A stretch of 64,000 nt of DNA from the human T2T-CHM13v2.0 reference genome, Homo sapiens: the NCBI RefSeq assembly GCF_009914755.1, contig NC_060947.1; one strand, 5' to 3'. Below, piece after piece: positions 17,491 to 29,667 of this stretch. A model generated the notes under the pieces. It saw nothing but the letters and a program-made list of their open reading frames with translations. It searched no databases and was not told where the DNA came from. The first letter of the stretch is position 1. Each line of letters opens with the position of its first letter. The translations under genes were made by a program, and so were the position numbers.

Positions 17491-17876
17491 GACAGGGAGA
17501 TACAAAACTGGTTTTCAGAGAATTACAAAGGCTAAGACTGATACAAATCCATATGAGATCCAAATATAATAACAAACACAACAGTATTGAACTACTTCTG
17601 TTTAAACTTACAATTACTATATTGCCCTTAAGCAAATGTAATTTATGTACATTACAGTTATATAAAATGAGTAGAGAAGTTTTTACTTGACATGCAATAA
17701 CAATTCAGTAACTACTGCTAGCTCCTTCCTTGCAAAAGTTTTACTTTTGGAAATTTTAATAAGCACAAATATAAAGAACCCAAATTACTAATTTCCAAAG
17801 AGTGCAGGTTTGTTTGGCTTGTCTTTCATTAAACTATGGAAATCCCTTGCCTCTATTATAAATATCACAGAACTTT

Positions 17877-18172
17877 GGCCGGGCGTGGTGGCTCACGCCT
17901 GTAATCCCAGCACTTTGGGAGGCCAGCATGGGCAGATCACTTGAGGTCAGGTATTCGAGACCAGCCTGACCAACATGGTGAAACCCCGTCTCTACTAAAA
18001 GTACAAAAATTAGCCGAGCATGATGGCAGGTGCCTGTCATCCCAGCTACTCAGGAGGCTGAGGCAGGAGAATCACTTGAACCCAAGCAGAGATTGCAGTG
18101 AGCCGAGATCTCGCCACTGCACTCCAGCCTGGGTGACAGAGAGAGACTCTGTCTCAGAAAAAAAAAAAAAAG
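17877..18172 (+). mobile_element. AluS, full length
   Basis: ggccgggcgtggtggctcacgcc...gagactctgtctc plus A tail. Confidence 0.95.
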
Positions 18173-18191
18173 AATTAAAAACAAATAAGTA

Positions 18192-18542
18192 AATACTATG
18201 CAGCCATAAAAAATGATGAGTTCATGTCCTTTGTAGGGACATGGATGAAGCTGGAAACCATCATTCTCAGCAAACTGTCGCAAGGACAAAAAACCAAACA
18301 CCGCATGTTCTCACTCATAGGTGGGAATTGAACAATGAGAACACATGGACACAGGAAGGGGAACATCACACACCGGGGACTGTTGTGGGGTGGGGGGAGG
18401 GGGGAGGGATAGCATTAGGAGACATACCTAATGTTAAATGACGACTTAATGGGTGCAGCACACCAACATGGCACATGTATACATATGTAACTAACCTGCA
18501 TGTTGTGCACATGTATCCTAAAACTTAAAGTATAATAAAAAA
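18192..18542 (+). mobile_element. 5'-truncated L1PA3/4 3' end
   Basis: aatactatgcagccataaaaaatgatgag...aaaacttaaagtataataaaa. Confidence 0.93.
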
Positions 18543-19333
18543 ATAAATATGGCAGAACTTTAAATAACTGACAATAATACAGCCTCATAATAATTCTAAT
18601 TCTAAAATGATGGAATCAAATCAGAAAACCAGTTTGACCCTCTAACTTATGTTAAATTAGAGCAATGACAAAAGTATTGTATGTATACTTTCTGGCAGAT
18701 TTTATGTATTTATTTATTTAGACACACAGTTCAGATCTACACGGAAGTAGATCTTCCAAACACAGAGCAACTTAAATCCCATAGGTCTATTTCAACATAT
18801 TAAATTTAGAGAATAATCCATGGGCTTTCCGAAAAACAAAATCTCTAATGAATTGACTAGATTGTCTTCTGATGACAGCATAGCTGATACATAAATAGTA
18901 CCCTTGGAATCTGTATAAGAGAATGAAAGAAGTAGCAAATAAATGAGGCGGTGGGTTTCACTTCTTTATGCATAGAGGTCAAGAGGTTTCACTGGGCTTT
19001 TAAATCCCCAGTATACTTATACCACTTCACCACCCAAAACAACTATCTCACCATCCTCCCTATAACATCCTCTAAAAGTAAACCAGCAGACATTTGTTTC
19101 CATAGACAAAGTCACAACATTCCTACATCTTACATAGATTACATTTAATAGTTGTTCCTATTGTTAACCATATAGGACTAAATAATGAAAATAAAATCCT
19201 ACCTACAATTTTAGCTATATTTTTATGTTATAACGTCCCTGTCCTGTATGGCTTTACTATCATTTAAACTCAAAATGAACTTTTGGAGAATAAAAGAGTA
19301 TATTTGTGCTTACAGATAGAAATTACTTATTTC

Positions 19334-19533
19334 CAGATTGTAAGTGTCATCACCACAAAGTAATGATATGTGGCAATTCACGTTAATTAACTTGATTTAG
19401 CCATCCCACAATGTATATACATTTCAAAACATGCTGTACATGACAAATATATATAATTTTAAATTGTCAATTAAAATTAAATAAAATTTAAAATTACTTG
19501 TAAATAAAACCTTATATTCCTGATTCAAAAAAA
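19334..19533 (+). mobile_element. Retroposed insert: L1MA 3' end, short unique tail and poly(A)
   Basis: L1MA tail (ttaattaacttgatttagccatcccacaatgtata...gtcaattaaaa); perfect 16-bp TSD agaaattacttatttc at 19318-19333 and 19534-19549. Confidence 0.8.
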
Positions 19534-20269
19534 AGAAATTACTTATTTCTAAACTCATATCTAATCTTTTTCAAAACATGTTTTATCAATGTCTTTTTGT
19601 TTGGGGCTTGACACTTTTATTATGAGTCCACAATTTATTATAAAATCCTTATAACATATTCTCCTCTCCAGCTTCTTCATCTGGAAAATGATGTCTTCAG
19701 TCACATGATGAATCAGTAGCAATGTTGGAAATAACATTGAATCTCTTGAATTTCTCCTCATGCTTTATCTAGACAGTGAAATTTATAAAAGCCATCTAGG
19801 AAAATTTCTCAAAATTCAGCCAACAACAGGAAAAATTGCCACAGATCATAGTCTTGAGTAAGAGAAAAGCAGCCACTGATATGGAGAGCTAGCCTAGCAC
19901 TCAACAGTTGCTCTCCTGTTTAACATAAACCATCTCACAACACCAACCTAAGAGAAGGCCACTCTGTTACAGTGATGGATCAAAAAGGGCTACTCTGCAA
20001 TTGTGTTTGAATATAGAAAAACACATGAACATTGTCCAGAGCACAAAAATGACCAAATACTCCCTTATTCTGGCCAGTATGAGTAATTACTGTTACTTTA
20101 CCAACTACAGTGTTAGCCTCACTCTGATCTTCCTTATTTCTAGATAATACATTTAAAAAGACAATCATAGAATTATACCCACCTCCTAACAAGCTAGGCT
20201 TGCTTAAATCCTCACCCCATTTGCCTAATACAAACACAAATTTCATAATAAATCCTTTTCAATACCCAC

Positions 20270-23200
20270 TGTATGGAGTTGTCTAAGACAACCCCTAAAT
20301 TCAGAGATTCACTACTGATCACAGGACTCAGCATACAGTCATACTGACAGCTAAGATTTATTTTAGTGAAAGGACACAAAGCAAAATCAGCAAAGGGAGA
20401 AGGCCCATGGGGCAAAGGACAAAGGACACCAGGTACAAGCTTCCAAGAGTCCTAAGAGGTGTCACCACTATACACACTTAGCTTCTCCAGCAATGAGCTG
20501 CGCCAACACCTATTGGGTGTTGCCTACAAGGAAGCTCATCTGAGACTGAGTGACCAAGGTTTTTACTAGGGGCTAGCCATGTAGGTACCCTCTGCCTAGC
20601 CCATAAAAAGTTTTATACTCTCAAAAGGAAAATTGGTGTTCAGAGTAAAACACAATGCTTTTACTAACAATTGAGGCACAGTGAGCCATGTGTATCAATT
20701 AGGAATCCTATTAATGTAGGAAACTGGTTACCAGACAAATTTCCAGATTCTAACCAGTGATCCAACTTGCAAGCAAACTTTTCAACATACATCAATCTCA
20801 GACCTGCTATGTTAAAGCTCTTCAGCACAGTCTATACCCTTGGCTGTTGGACAAGGCATTTTTATCAGTAAGACCCCATTTAGCAGGAGATACCAGCCTG
20901 CAGTATTGATTTCAGTTTATGCCCTTTAGAAATCTTGGATTTCACCAGTTTAAGACAAATCCCATTAACCATAGAGGTCTATATTAGAAAGCCAGGTGGT
21001 TTCCTACTTTGGTTTCTGTATTATACTTTTTTTTTTTAACAGATTGGGGCATCAATTTAAGCAAAGCACAACCCTGATCAGGAAGTTGAAGCTGACTTGA
21101 ATGCTCTCCAGGGCTGAGGCAGCATGATGATAAAGCACACACACAGGAAGTACAATACCAGAGGGTACAAGTGGTATCTATGGAAAAAGAGTGCACAGTT
21201 GTTAGGATATCCCAAGAAAGACATAGTTAGTCAGATGTACAGGTTAACAGGGCCTCTAAAGTGGCCTTCCACTGATTCCCAGTCTTGTCCAATTAATTCA
21301 GTTTAGTCCTTGGTTTTGGACAGACTGCCTCAAGGCAGTCAGTTCCAAACAATTTTGCTCATCTGTGACACCAGTTCATCTGTTTTGTGTGTGTACATCA
21401 TCTGGAGGTGGTCTTCACAGAAAAAGCAGGACTTGGGGCCACTCCCTTTTGTCTCATAGTCAGCACTGTCAGGTGAGATCTTAGGCTCAGCAGTCAGTTT
21501 GGATTCAAAGCATTCTCAGCAGCTTGGGAGATAACACTGATGCTTTTACTGGGGAGGAGGGGAAGCTTCCAGAAGCAGTTCTGACAAAGCTCTCTAATTC
21601 CCTTCTCCTGTGCCTCCATGGGTGCCTGGTTTGTTTTTCTTTGTTTTTCTCAGTTTTTACAAAGTCAGTGTGCTTCATTCAGCAATCATAATTTACATCT
21701 TTCCTAATTGTTTTTTGTCTCATCCAGACCATTTATCTGGATGGGTTTTATACAAGAGGGACCAAAACATTTGTACAGAAAAACAATTTTACATGACTTA
21801 ACTGGACCATGTTCTGATAAAAAAATTTTCAAAACATGTTTATATAACCTGCACCCCTTTTGTCCTGATCATTTGTCCAATGAACAGTCACTGAAAAAAC
21901 AATGCCTTTCTAGGGACTTCTGTACAAACTACCAGGAGAAAGGCAAAGGAAGTAGACTTACGCTCAGTCCGCTGTTGCAAAGTGCAACTAATCCAGAGAG
22001 GCAAACACAGCAAGTCAATAGCATCCAGCAATTTCCAAGAGGGAGTCAAGTGCCTAATCTGTCATGAGTAGGTACAGGAGTCACAGTGTTGTGCTGTGCC
22101 CTCCTCTAAACTTGCGGCTTTCATTAGAAATTACAATTTAAGGATGCAATTAGTCTCCGTGTTAGAAATAAAGAGCCATTCAACAGTTCAATTTTAAAAG
22201 GTCCCATTAGAGAATAAGCCTTTTTTTGCAGGCAGCTGTATGTAATCCCAATGGTCCAACAAAGATACAGGATGTTTTCATAGCCTATGATCTCATAGAG
22301 GAGCATACTAAATCTGCAACAATCTCTGTGACTGAGTTCTGTTTATTAAATGAAGCGATTTCATTCAATTTCAGTTCAGTATAGTTACTCCCGAGGCTGA
22401 AACAGCTCACAGCAAACAGTATCAGGATTCACATTACAGTCAGGTACAGGCAATCAGCATTTGCAATTTCAGGATTCCAACCAAGCAATAGGCTTTTTCC
22501 TAGGCATCAGCAAAGATGATATGTTGCAAGATCACACAGCTGTATTCCAAGTTCAAGTGACAAGCAAGGCTTTCCTAAGTACTTTTTTATATTGTCAGTG
22601 TTGGAGTCCAAATTGGCCTCCTCAAAAATTATGCACATTGGGACAAAAAAATGAACAGCCTCTAAAGGTCAGACATTTCATTTCAACAAGGGTCAATTAG
22701 CATACTAAAAACCATTATTAATACTCCAGAAGTGTATTTCCATCTGGGATGGCCTATCTTCTAACGCTGTCTCTCTTTTTAGAGGTTCTAATAGACAATA
22801 ATCATACCAAAAATCATCAGTTACGTAGACTTGGTTCCTTCCTAATACTAAAAAGTTTAAATTCCAGTTTGCCCACTGGCTGGCAAAAACAAGGGAGTTG
22901 TGTCTCACTAATGTTTGCTCTTTGTATATTTCCCTGATCATGATGATTCCTTCAGCATTTATGAAATTACAAGCATATACATTTTACGTTAATTTTTATT
23001 TATATATCCACACACAGTAGCCACAAAACAAAAGTTGATTTTTAATTCTTTTTCTTTTTTCACTCATTTTAAATTTACTCAACCCCCTGTCAATCAATCA
23101 GCACTTACAGGGTAAACAACACAGTTTCTGAGAGGTTCTAAGTTGAATTCCAGGTGGAGCAGGGAGTGTGGCTGGAGGATGCTGCAGTTGTGGCTGGCTT

Positions 23201-24794
23201 TTAAAAAACTTTTTCTTATGCATCTGGTTTATCTAAAGTGTTACTCCAGTCCTGAGCACTGATTTAACTTTCTTCCTTCCCACTTAGAGGAGATAGGAAC
23301 ACACACTAAAACACTTATGGCCCATTCAAAGCTCCCCATTGGGAATGTGTGTGCTGCCCTTTCTTTTACCTCATAGAGGAGAAAACAAAAAACAAAGATG
23401 ACATATGGGGTTTGCTTTTTATGTTCTCACTTTAGCCTGAAAAGCCAAAACATCCAATGATCCAGGGAACCAACTCTGCTGTGCTTGGCTATGCCATCTT
23501 AAAATTCCACAGGTAACTTTTAACTCTCACAACAGACAGCAGCTCTGCTGATATTTTATACCATGAATTACTCTGTGGCATCCAGGCATCAAAGGTTGTT
23601 GTGTTAGTCTGTTCTTGCATCGCTGTAAAAAAATACCTGAGACTGGGTAATTTATAAAGAAAAGTTTAATTGGCTCACAGCTCTGTAAGCTGTACAGGAA
23701 GCATGCTGCTGGCATCAGCTCAGCTTCTGGTAAGGCCTCAGGAAGCTTACAATTATGGCAGAAGGTGAAAGGGGAGCTGGTATCTAACATAATGATAGCA
23801 GGAGCAAGAGAGAGAGCAGGTATCACATGCTTTTTAAACAACCGGATCCTGTAAGAACTCACTCGCTAGCTAAATGACAGCACCAAGTCATAAGGGATCT
23901 GCCCCCATGACCCAGGCACCTCTCACCAGGTCACACCTCCAACACTGGGAACCACATTTCAACATGAGATTTGAGTGGTACACATATGCAAACCATATCA
24001 GTTGTCATCCACTGCTCCTTCATCTTTCCTTTCACAAACAATGCTTCTGCCATATTACAATGAATCAGAGTCATTCTACTGAATCTTACTTTTAAATCCA
24101 ATTGTGTCAGGAATCCCCAAGACCACTACCAGGATTAGTGATTCACCAGAGTGAGTCATAGGACTAAGCGTGTAGTCATGGCAAAAATTTATTACAGCGA
24201 ACAGATACAAAGCAAATCAGCAAAGGTAGTAGGCACATAGGAGAAGTCTGGAAGAAACAAGGGATTGACTTTTAATAGTCTTCTCCCAGTGGAGTAGCAT
24301 AGGATGTACTTACTTACATGGATTAACTTACTAGGAAAGAGTTGTGACATAGTAAGTTCATAGAATGAACTTGCAAATCCAGTTTATAGGCATATGAACA
24401 AGTAAATAGAATGAACATAATAAGTTCATAGGATGGACTTACATAGAATGAACTTATTAGGAAAGAGTTGTGACAAGACCTGCAAAATGTTGTCCACCAG
24501 GAAAACTCATTAGAGACTAATGTCCAAAGTTTATGGTTTTTTATCAGGGGACGTTAGTCCAATAGGCACCATCTGCCTAGTATGTAGCAAGTTCCACATG
24601 CCTAGAAGGAAAGTAGATGTTTAGCATATACCACACTGTTTATACAAACAGCCTACACAGAGTGAGCCACACTTATCATGTAAATTCTATCAGTATAGAA
24701 AACTGAATACCAACCAAGTTCCCAGAATGCAACCACAGTCCAACTTTGCAAGCGAACTTTTGTAAGGCTAGGTAGTCTTAACCTTACTGTGTTA
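20270..24794 (-). mobile_element. MER21-type provirus: LTR 20270-20829, non-coding internal region, LTR ~24103-24794
   Basis: Two homologous LTRs (aggactcagcatacagtcat / gatttatt..agtgaaagg / ccaacttgcaagc); 5-bp TSD cccac at 20265-20269 and 24795-24799. Confidence 0.75.
23600..24000 (-). mobile_element. MSTA/MSTB MaLR solo LTR inside the MER21 internal region
   Basis: tgtgttagtctgttcttgcat...aaccatatca; perfect 5-bp TSD gttgt at 23595-23599 and 24001-24005. Confidence 0.9.
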
Positions 24795-27149
24795 CCCACT
24801 TACTGAAATGCTTCATGATACCTCTTGTTGTGCATTCTTCCTTGCTGCAACAAGTAGGAAACCCAACTTGTTCAACTGCAGGTGTGTTCCTGGTGGCCTT
24901 GGGCTGGGAGGCATTGACATCTTTAAAGAACTATATTTTTCTTTCTCTAGTAAATAAAGAAGTTCTCTGAATATCCTGGTCTAGGAGCAAATCCAGTTAA
25001 TAGGCATATGAACAATAAATTAGAATGAATACTAATGATATCTTTTAATGCAATGTGAAAATTAAAACTTTTTCATTACTTTCTAGTTTTATTAGATTTT
25101 ACTTTCTATTGGTATATAAATTCAAAACTTTAAAAGACAGAAAGTCATCTTTGTGCAATAGATGTTACTGACTTGAATACACACCAATATAGAAAACCAC
25201 TTACCGGTCAGTTAGAACACATAGGGCAAAGTTTAAACATTCAGATAATTTCTATCATGGATGACATTATAATGTGTAGGTGAAGGAGACTGTTTTACAT
25301 CCTGGATCATGATTAAGAAGAACTCATTGGAAAACACAGAGATACTTTATCTCACATAAAACCAAAAATAAGATCCACCAACTATTAAAGTGAAACCACT
25401 GAGTACCCTAGTGCAAAGGAATCCTCCCTTTTCTAGGAATAAAGTCCTTTTTAAATTTCCATATTTTAGAGGCATATATAATGAATGGAGAGCAATTTGA
25501 TAAAAGAAATACCAAAAAGACACTCCAGTTACCAACACAGGAAGAGCTCTTGCAGGCATTCATGTTAAATTTTAATTCACTGAATCCTTGGGCAGAAGGA
25601 TAACATATTTTAAACACTTGACATGGCCAGAAGTGATTACATAGATTATATGCCAAGTGATCTGAAATCCTACTGCCAGCACATTCCTGGAAGATATAGC
25701 ACTCCCATCAATAACCATGTCTCACTAAGACACTGAATCACAGGAGTAGAAACAGGAAGACAGCTGTTCCTGTGATCCCCTTAACCCATCCCTTTTAACA
25801 AACACTAACACACATTCTGCCTACTAGGTAAGACTAAGACTGCTTATTCTTGTAAAGGTTGAATGAGTTTTTTTCTTACAGTCAGATTTTCTAAAGCTGT
25901 GTTGTTACCAGAGAAACTTGTATCCTATCACATTTATATCAATGATATGAATTTAACGAAGATCCCCAAGGGAAGAGGGGCTTAACACTCAAATATAATA
26001 ACTTCAAGGTCTGTGTGTAAGGTAAACCAAGGTAAACTGAATCTATAAAATTAGTTATTGGCCTTTTGTAGATCATGGACTTCAAGAAAATTCTGTTTAA
26101 AATGTGGACCACCACCTGGTCATCACTTAAAAAGCTACTCACATACAGTTTTATGTATAATTTTATGGAGTTCCTAGACTCCCCAAAGGCCACTTGTGGA
26201 TCCCAGGTTGAGGTTAAGGACCCCGTAGACAGAATAACAGTGTTAAACCTGTTCAGGTGAAACTGTGGGGATCCAAAAGTGAATCGATCAATATTAAAAG
26301 ACTTTAGTAAAGTTGGTAAGCCTTTATAAAGAATAATTAGATTGTCTACTTTATAGATTTGCCCAGTTTATCCTCTCATCCCCTCGATGAGGACTAGAAC
26401 TTGCCATTTTAGACTGTAACATCCGCTTCAATAACTGTTCCATTAAGTAGATTTTGAAGTCTTTCTCCAGTGAGCAAAAAGACTGGCATTTGCTTGTTTC
26501 TTCACAATTGTGGTTTATGATAAGCTTAAAGCTGATGATGAATATGAATGACATCACATGCTCTCAGTCATATCTCAAAATATCCATAGCATTGAATCTG
26601 TCTAACACAGACTTCTTTAACAAAGATCGTTACTTGGATCATACCTCCATGGTAGGCACTATCTGCACAAAGTTTGGAGGAACAATATGAATCTCTTCTT
26701 CCCAAAAGAGTCAACCTCAAGAATCAGGAATTGATAGTGGGTAAAATAAGCAAGTAAGTGAGTTATAATGTGCTGTCACTATCAAGACTCAGTTACATTG
26801 TTTCATTCAGTCATGTGCTCTTTCTCCCCTTTACCTCTCCACTCATCTCTCCATTGTCATCCATCATGAAAAAATACCTCCAGACCAAAATATTTTGTAG
26901 ATACATTCACATTACAGAAAGCTTTCTTCTTTGGCCACTTCCTATCAGATAGCAGGTATTTTGATACAAATGTCCTTGGTAAGCAAGGTGATTTGGGTAG
27001 GCTCCAGTTGCAATATATTGCTTTCTTAGATCTTTGGTTCAAAATGCAGAGAGAGAATCAGTGAGCTTCTACTGTAGCATTATGTCTTATGTATATAGGA
27101 TAGCCAGCAGAAATCATTAGCTGGATTTCCAGACCACTTTGAAGGCTTA

Positions 27150-27440
27150 GTTCCTCTGGTACTTTTTTCCTGCAATCCTATGGTAGCTTTCAAATGTTTT
27201 TCTGATTCCAGTCCCCTCTACCTCTTATGCTCCATGCACTGACACAAGCCAGATCCTTTGAGTAAAATGCATTTTGTTATATCACTCTCATCTCAAAAAA
27301 TCTCTGGGGCTTCATCTGCCCTTCAGGATGACTAAAAAACTCTTTTATTTGGTCCTTCAATTCCCTTATATGAACTTCTGCTCTAGAACCCAATTAGTTC
27401 AGCCATTGTGCCTAGAATATGCCCTCCGCTTTCCTGTATG
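27150..27440 (+). mobile_element. L2 fragment
   Basis: Degenerate tcactctcatctcaaaaaatctctggggcttcatctgcccttcaggatga motif. Confidence 0.5.
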
Positions 27441-27619
27441 GTCTTGTGTTTATGGGCAACTTCAAAAATAAAATAAAATAAAATCCATCAGGGTTCTGAA
27501 TCCACTTTGGCTGTCTGATCATGTCTGTGATTTCTTGGTAATATTGCTGTTCCACACATATCTATACTTAAATAATGGCTATATGAAGTTGTCTAAACAG
27601 AAAAAAAAGTAACTGAAGG

Positions 27620-28088
27620 GATACATATGCTAATTCAGGAAGGAAAATAACAATGGATTGGGTAAATATAGAGATAAATATAATACAATATCCTTTACCT
27701 CATGAGTTTTAAAAATTATGTTTGATGGTTGAAGCAAAAACATGACATCATATTTTGCTAATATAAGGCTGAGTGACTGTACAGAAAATACTCAAGATAT
27801 TTAAAATATGAGGGACAGGATAAAAGGACCTAACAGAAGTAAGGTTTCTATATATCTAAGTGGAAACATGATAATACTAGTAGACTATGATATATTATGT
27901 ATGCATATTATAATATCTAGATAAACCACTAAATAACATATGTAAAGAGATATGTTTAAAACCTAAAGATAAATCAAAATGGAATTCTAAAATTGTTAAA
28001 TGTCATCAACAAGGCAGGAAAAGGAAAAGAGAGAAATAAGAAACAATGAAAAGACAGAAAATAACTAATAAATTGGCAGACTAAAGCC
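27620..28088 (+). mobile_element. Old L1M (MC/MD-like) ORF1-ORF2 spacer fragment
   Basis: A-rich; gatggttgaagcaaaaa...aaaatggaattctaaaa...aataaattggcagactaaagcc. Confidence 0.55.
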
Positions 28089-29050
28089 TGTTAAGGGATT
28101 CCTCAAGACTACCTACACATTCAGAAACTTGATAAAAGTATTCATGAGACTCAGCATACAGTCATACTCATGGCTAACAGTTATACTCATGGCTAACATT
28201 CATTACAGTGACACGAGAAGGCTATGCAACTGGATTGGCATGGAAAAAGACACAGGTGGTGTCTAAAGGAATCTATGTACAGGCTTCCTATGCTCTTTAC
28301 CTCTCTTGAGAGGTAACAGAGTATACACTATCCCTCCATGATAAAAACAATTGCAGCAACATATATGTAACATTTTTGTCCAGGGCAGTCAGTTTGAGAC
28401 TTCGAGACTACAGCTTTTATTGGTGGCAGTCACTTAGGCATTCTCTGCCTAGCAACTACCCAAATTACAGATTACCAGAGAAGAGCATGAGGCACAGCAA
28501 AACACCTTTATCTGTTACAAAATGTTTTAGAAGGTTGCAGAGGCTAGCCAGTGGCCAACTTTGCAAACAGGCCCTTCTAAATATAGCAGCCCTAGGCCTA
28601 TTTTGTTAACTAGAATCTCTACTGTCCAGCCCATCAGCCCTTTGCCCAGGTGGCTTTACAACAAAATTATTATCAGTAGCAACCTAAGTAGCATAGTGTG
28701 ACCAATCTGCAGTATTGGTTTTATGCATGCCATTTAGAGGTACTGAACATAGCCAGTTAGAACAAATTTCATTAACCTTAAAGGTCTAGCTTCGAAACTC
28801 AGTGGTTTCCTCAAGTTTTTGTTTTAATTAATCTTTTGTTTCTTGACTAGTGGTGTCAGTCAAAGCACAAAAAAAGCTCTGTCCAGTAAGTTGAAACTGA
28901 GCTGAAAGTCTTACAGTGCTAATGTTAAGGGGTATGGATGGAGTGGGGAGAAGCTCAACAGTCAGTTTCAATTTAAAGTACTTCCAGCAAGGTGTTAAAA
29001 CAATAAGTAACATTTTTATCTGAAATAAGGAGAAAGCTCCTAGTAGTAGT
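28089..29050 (-). mobile_element. Second MER21-family LTR (28089-~28620) with adjacent internal fragment
   Basis: Similar to 20270-21100 (gactcagcatacagtcatactc; ctgcagtattg; cattaacc..aggtcta..gtggtttcct). Confidence 0.65.
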
Positions 29051-29143
29051 TTTGCAAAACAAAGGTCATAAATGTTTCTCCCTCCTGGAGCCTCAAGAGT
29101 TTTTCTTTTTTTCTTTTTTCTTTTGTGTGTGTGTGTGTGCCTG

Positions 29144-29665
29144 GTATATTAACCATTTCCCTAGTTTCCGTAAACTTGATGCTTTAACATCTATCCTACA
29201 TTCATATTCTGGACAACCCATTAATATGCCCAAGTCGCTTTCTTTGGCCTCCCGCCTTCCTCATCACCATCCCCGTCACTCCTGTCTTGGGAGGATACCT
29301 TCTCCCAGATGTGTGCTTTTCAGATACAAACCAACCAATCCAGAGTTCACATCAACAACTATCTCCTTTATCAGGCTCTCATACTATGGGATGCTATATA
29401 TCTGCCCTAATCACCTCAGAGCCAGTTACCAAATAACTGGGGGCAGACTCTATGCCTCAGTCTGCTGAAATTATTCAAATCCTAAGCCTAAATACCCTGC
29501 CATGTGTTCCTGTTCTTCTTGAGGAGATGACAATAAAGGCTATTGCCCACATGTATTTCTTCTCCCCCTGCCCTGGGACCGACCTCAGTGCTTCCCAAAT
29601 GTGGCTCACTATGGTATAGCACACCCTCTCCTCTGGGGAACTCTGAGTAATAAACTATATTTACA
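29144..29665 (+). mobile_element. MER74-type ERVL LTR
   Basis: gatacaaaccaaccaatccagag...ctgccctaatcacc...gctgaaattattcaaa...acaataaaggct...gagtaataaact. Confidence 0.75.
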
Positions 29666-29667
29666 AT

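Larger units (their letters stand above)
19855..24919 (+). mobile_element. MER77/MER68-like ERVL LTR split into 19855-20269 and 24795-24919
   Basis: 5' TGAGTAAGAGAAAAGCAGCC...gagctagcctagcactca and 3' end gtgttcctggtggccttgggctgggaggcattgaCA, interrupted by the MER21 provirus. Confidence 0.6.

Noticed and set aside
24295-24480. Repeat-spacer pattern resembling a CRISPR-like array
   Set aside because: Eukaryotic LTR context, only two or three irregular units and no cas genes; explained by local duplication and templated insertion.
20984-27471. Many 60-119-aa ORFs in the MER21 internal region and adjacent sequence
   Set aside because: No recognisable motifs, coding bias or exon structure; lengths are consistent with chance.
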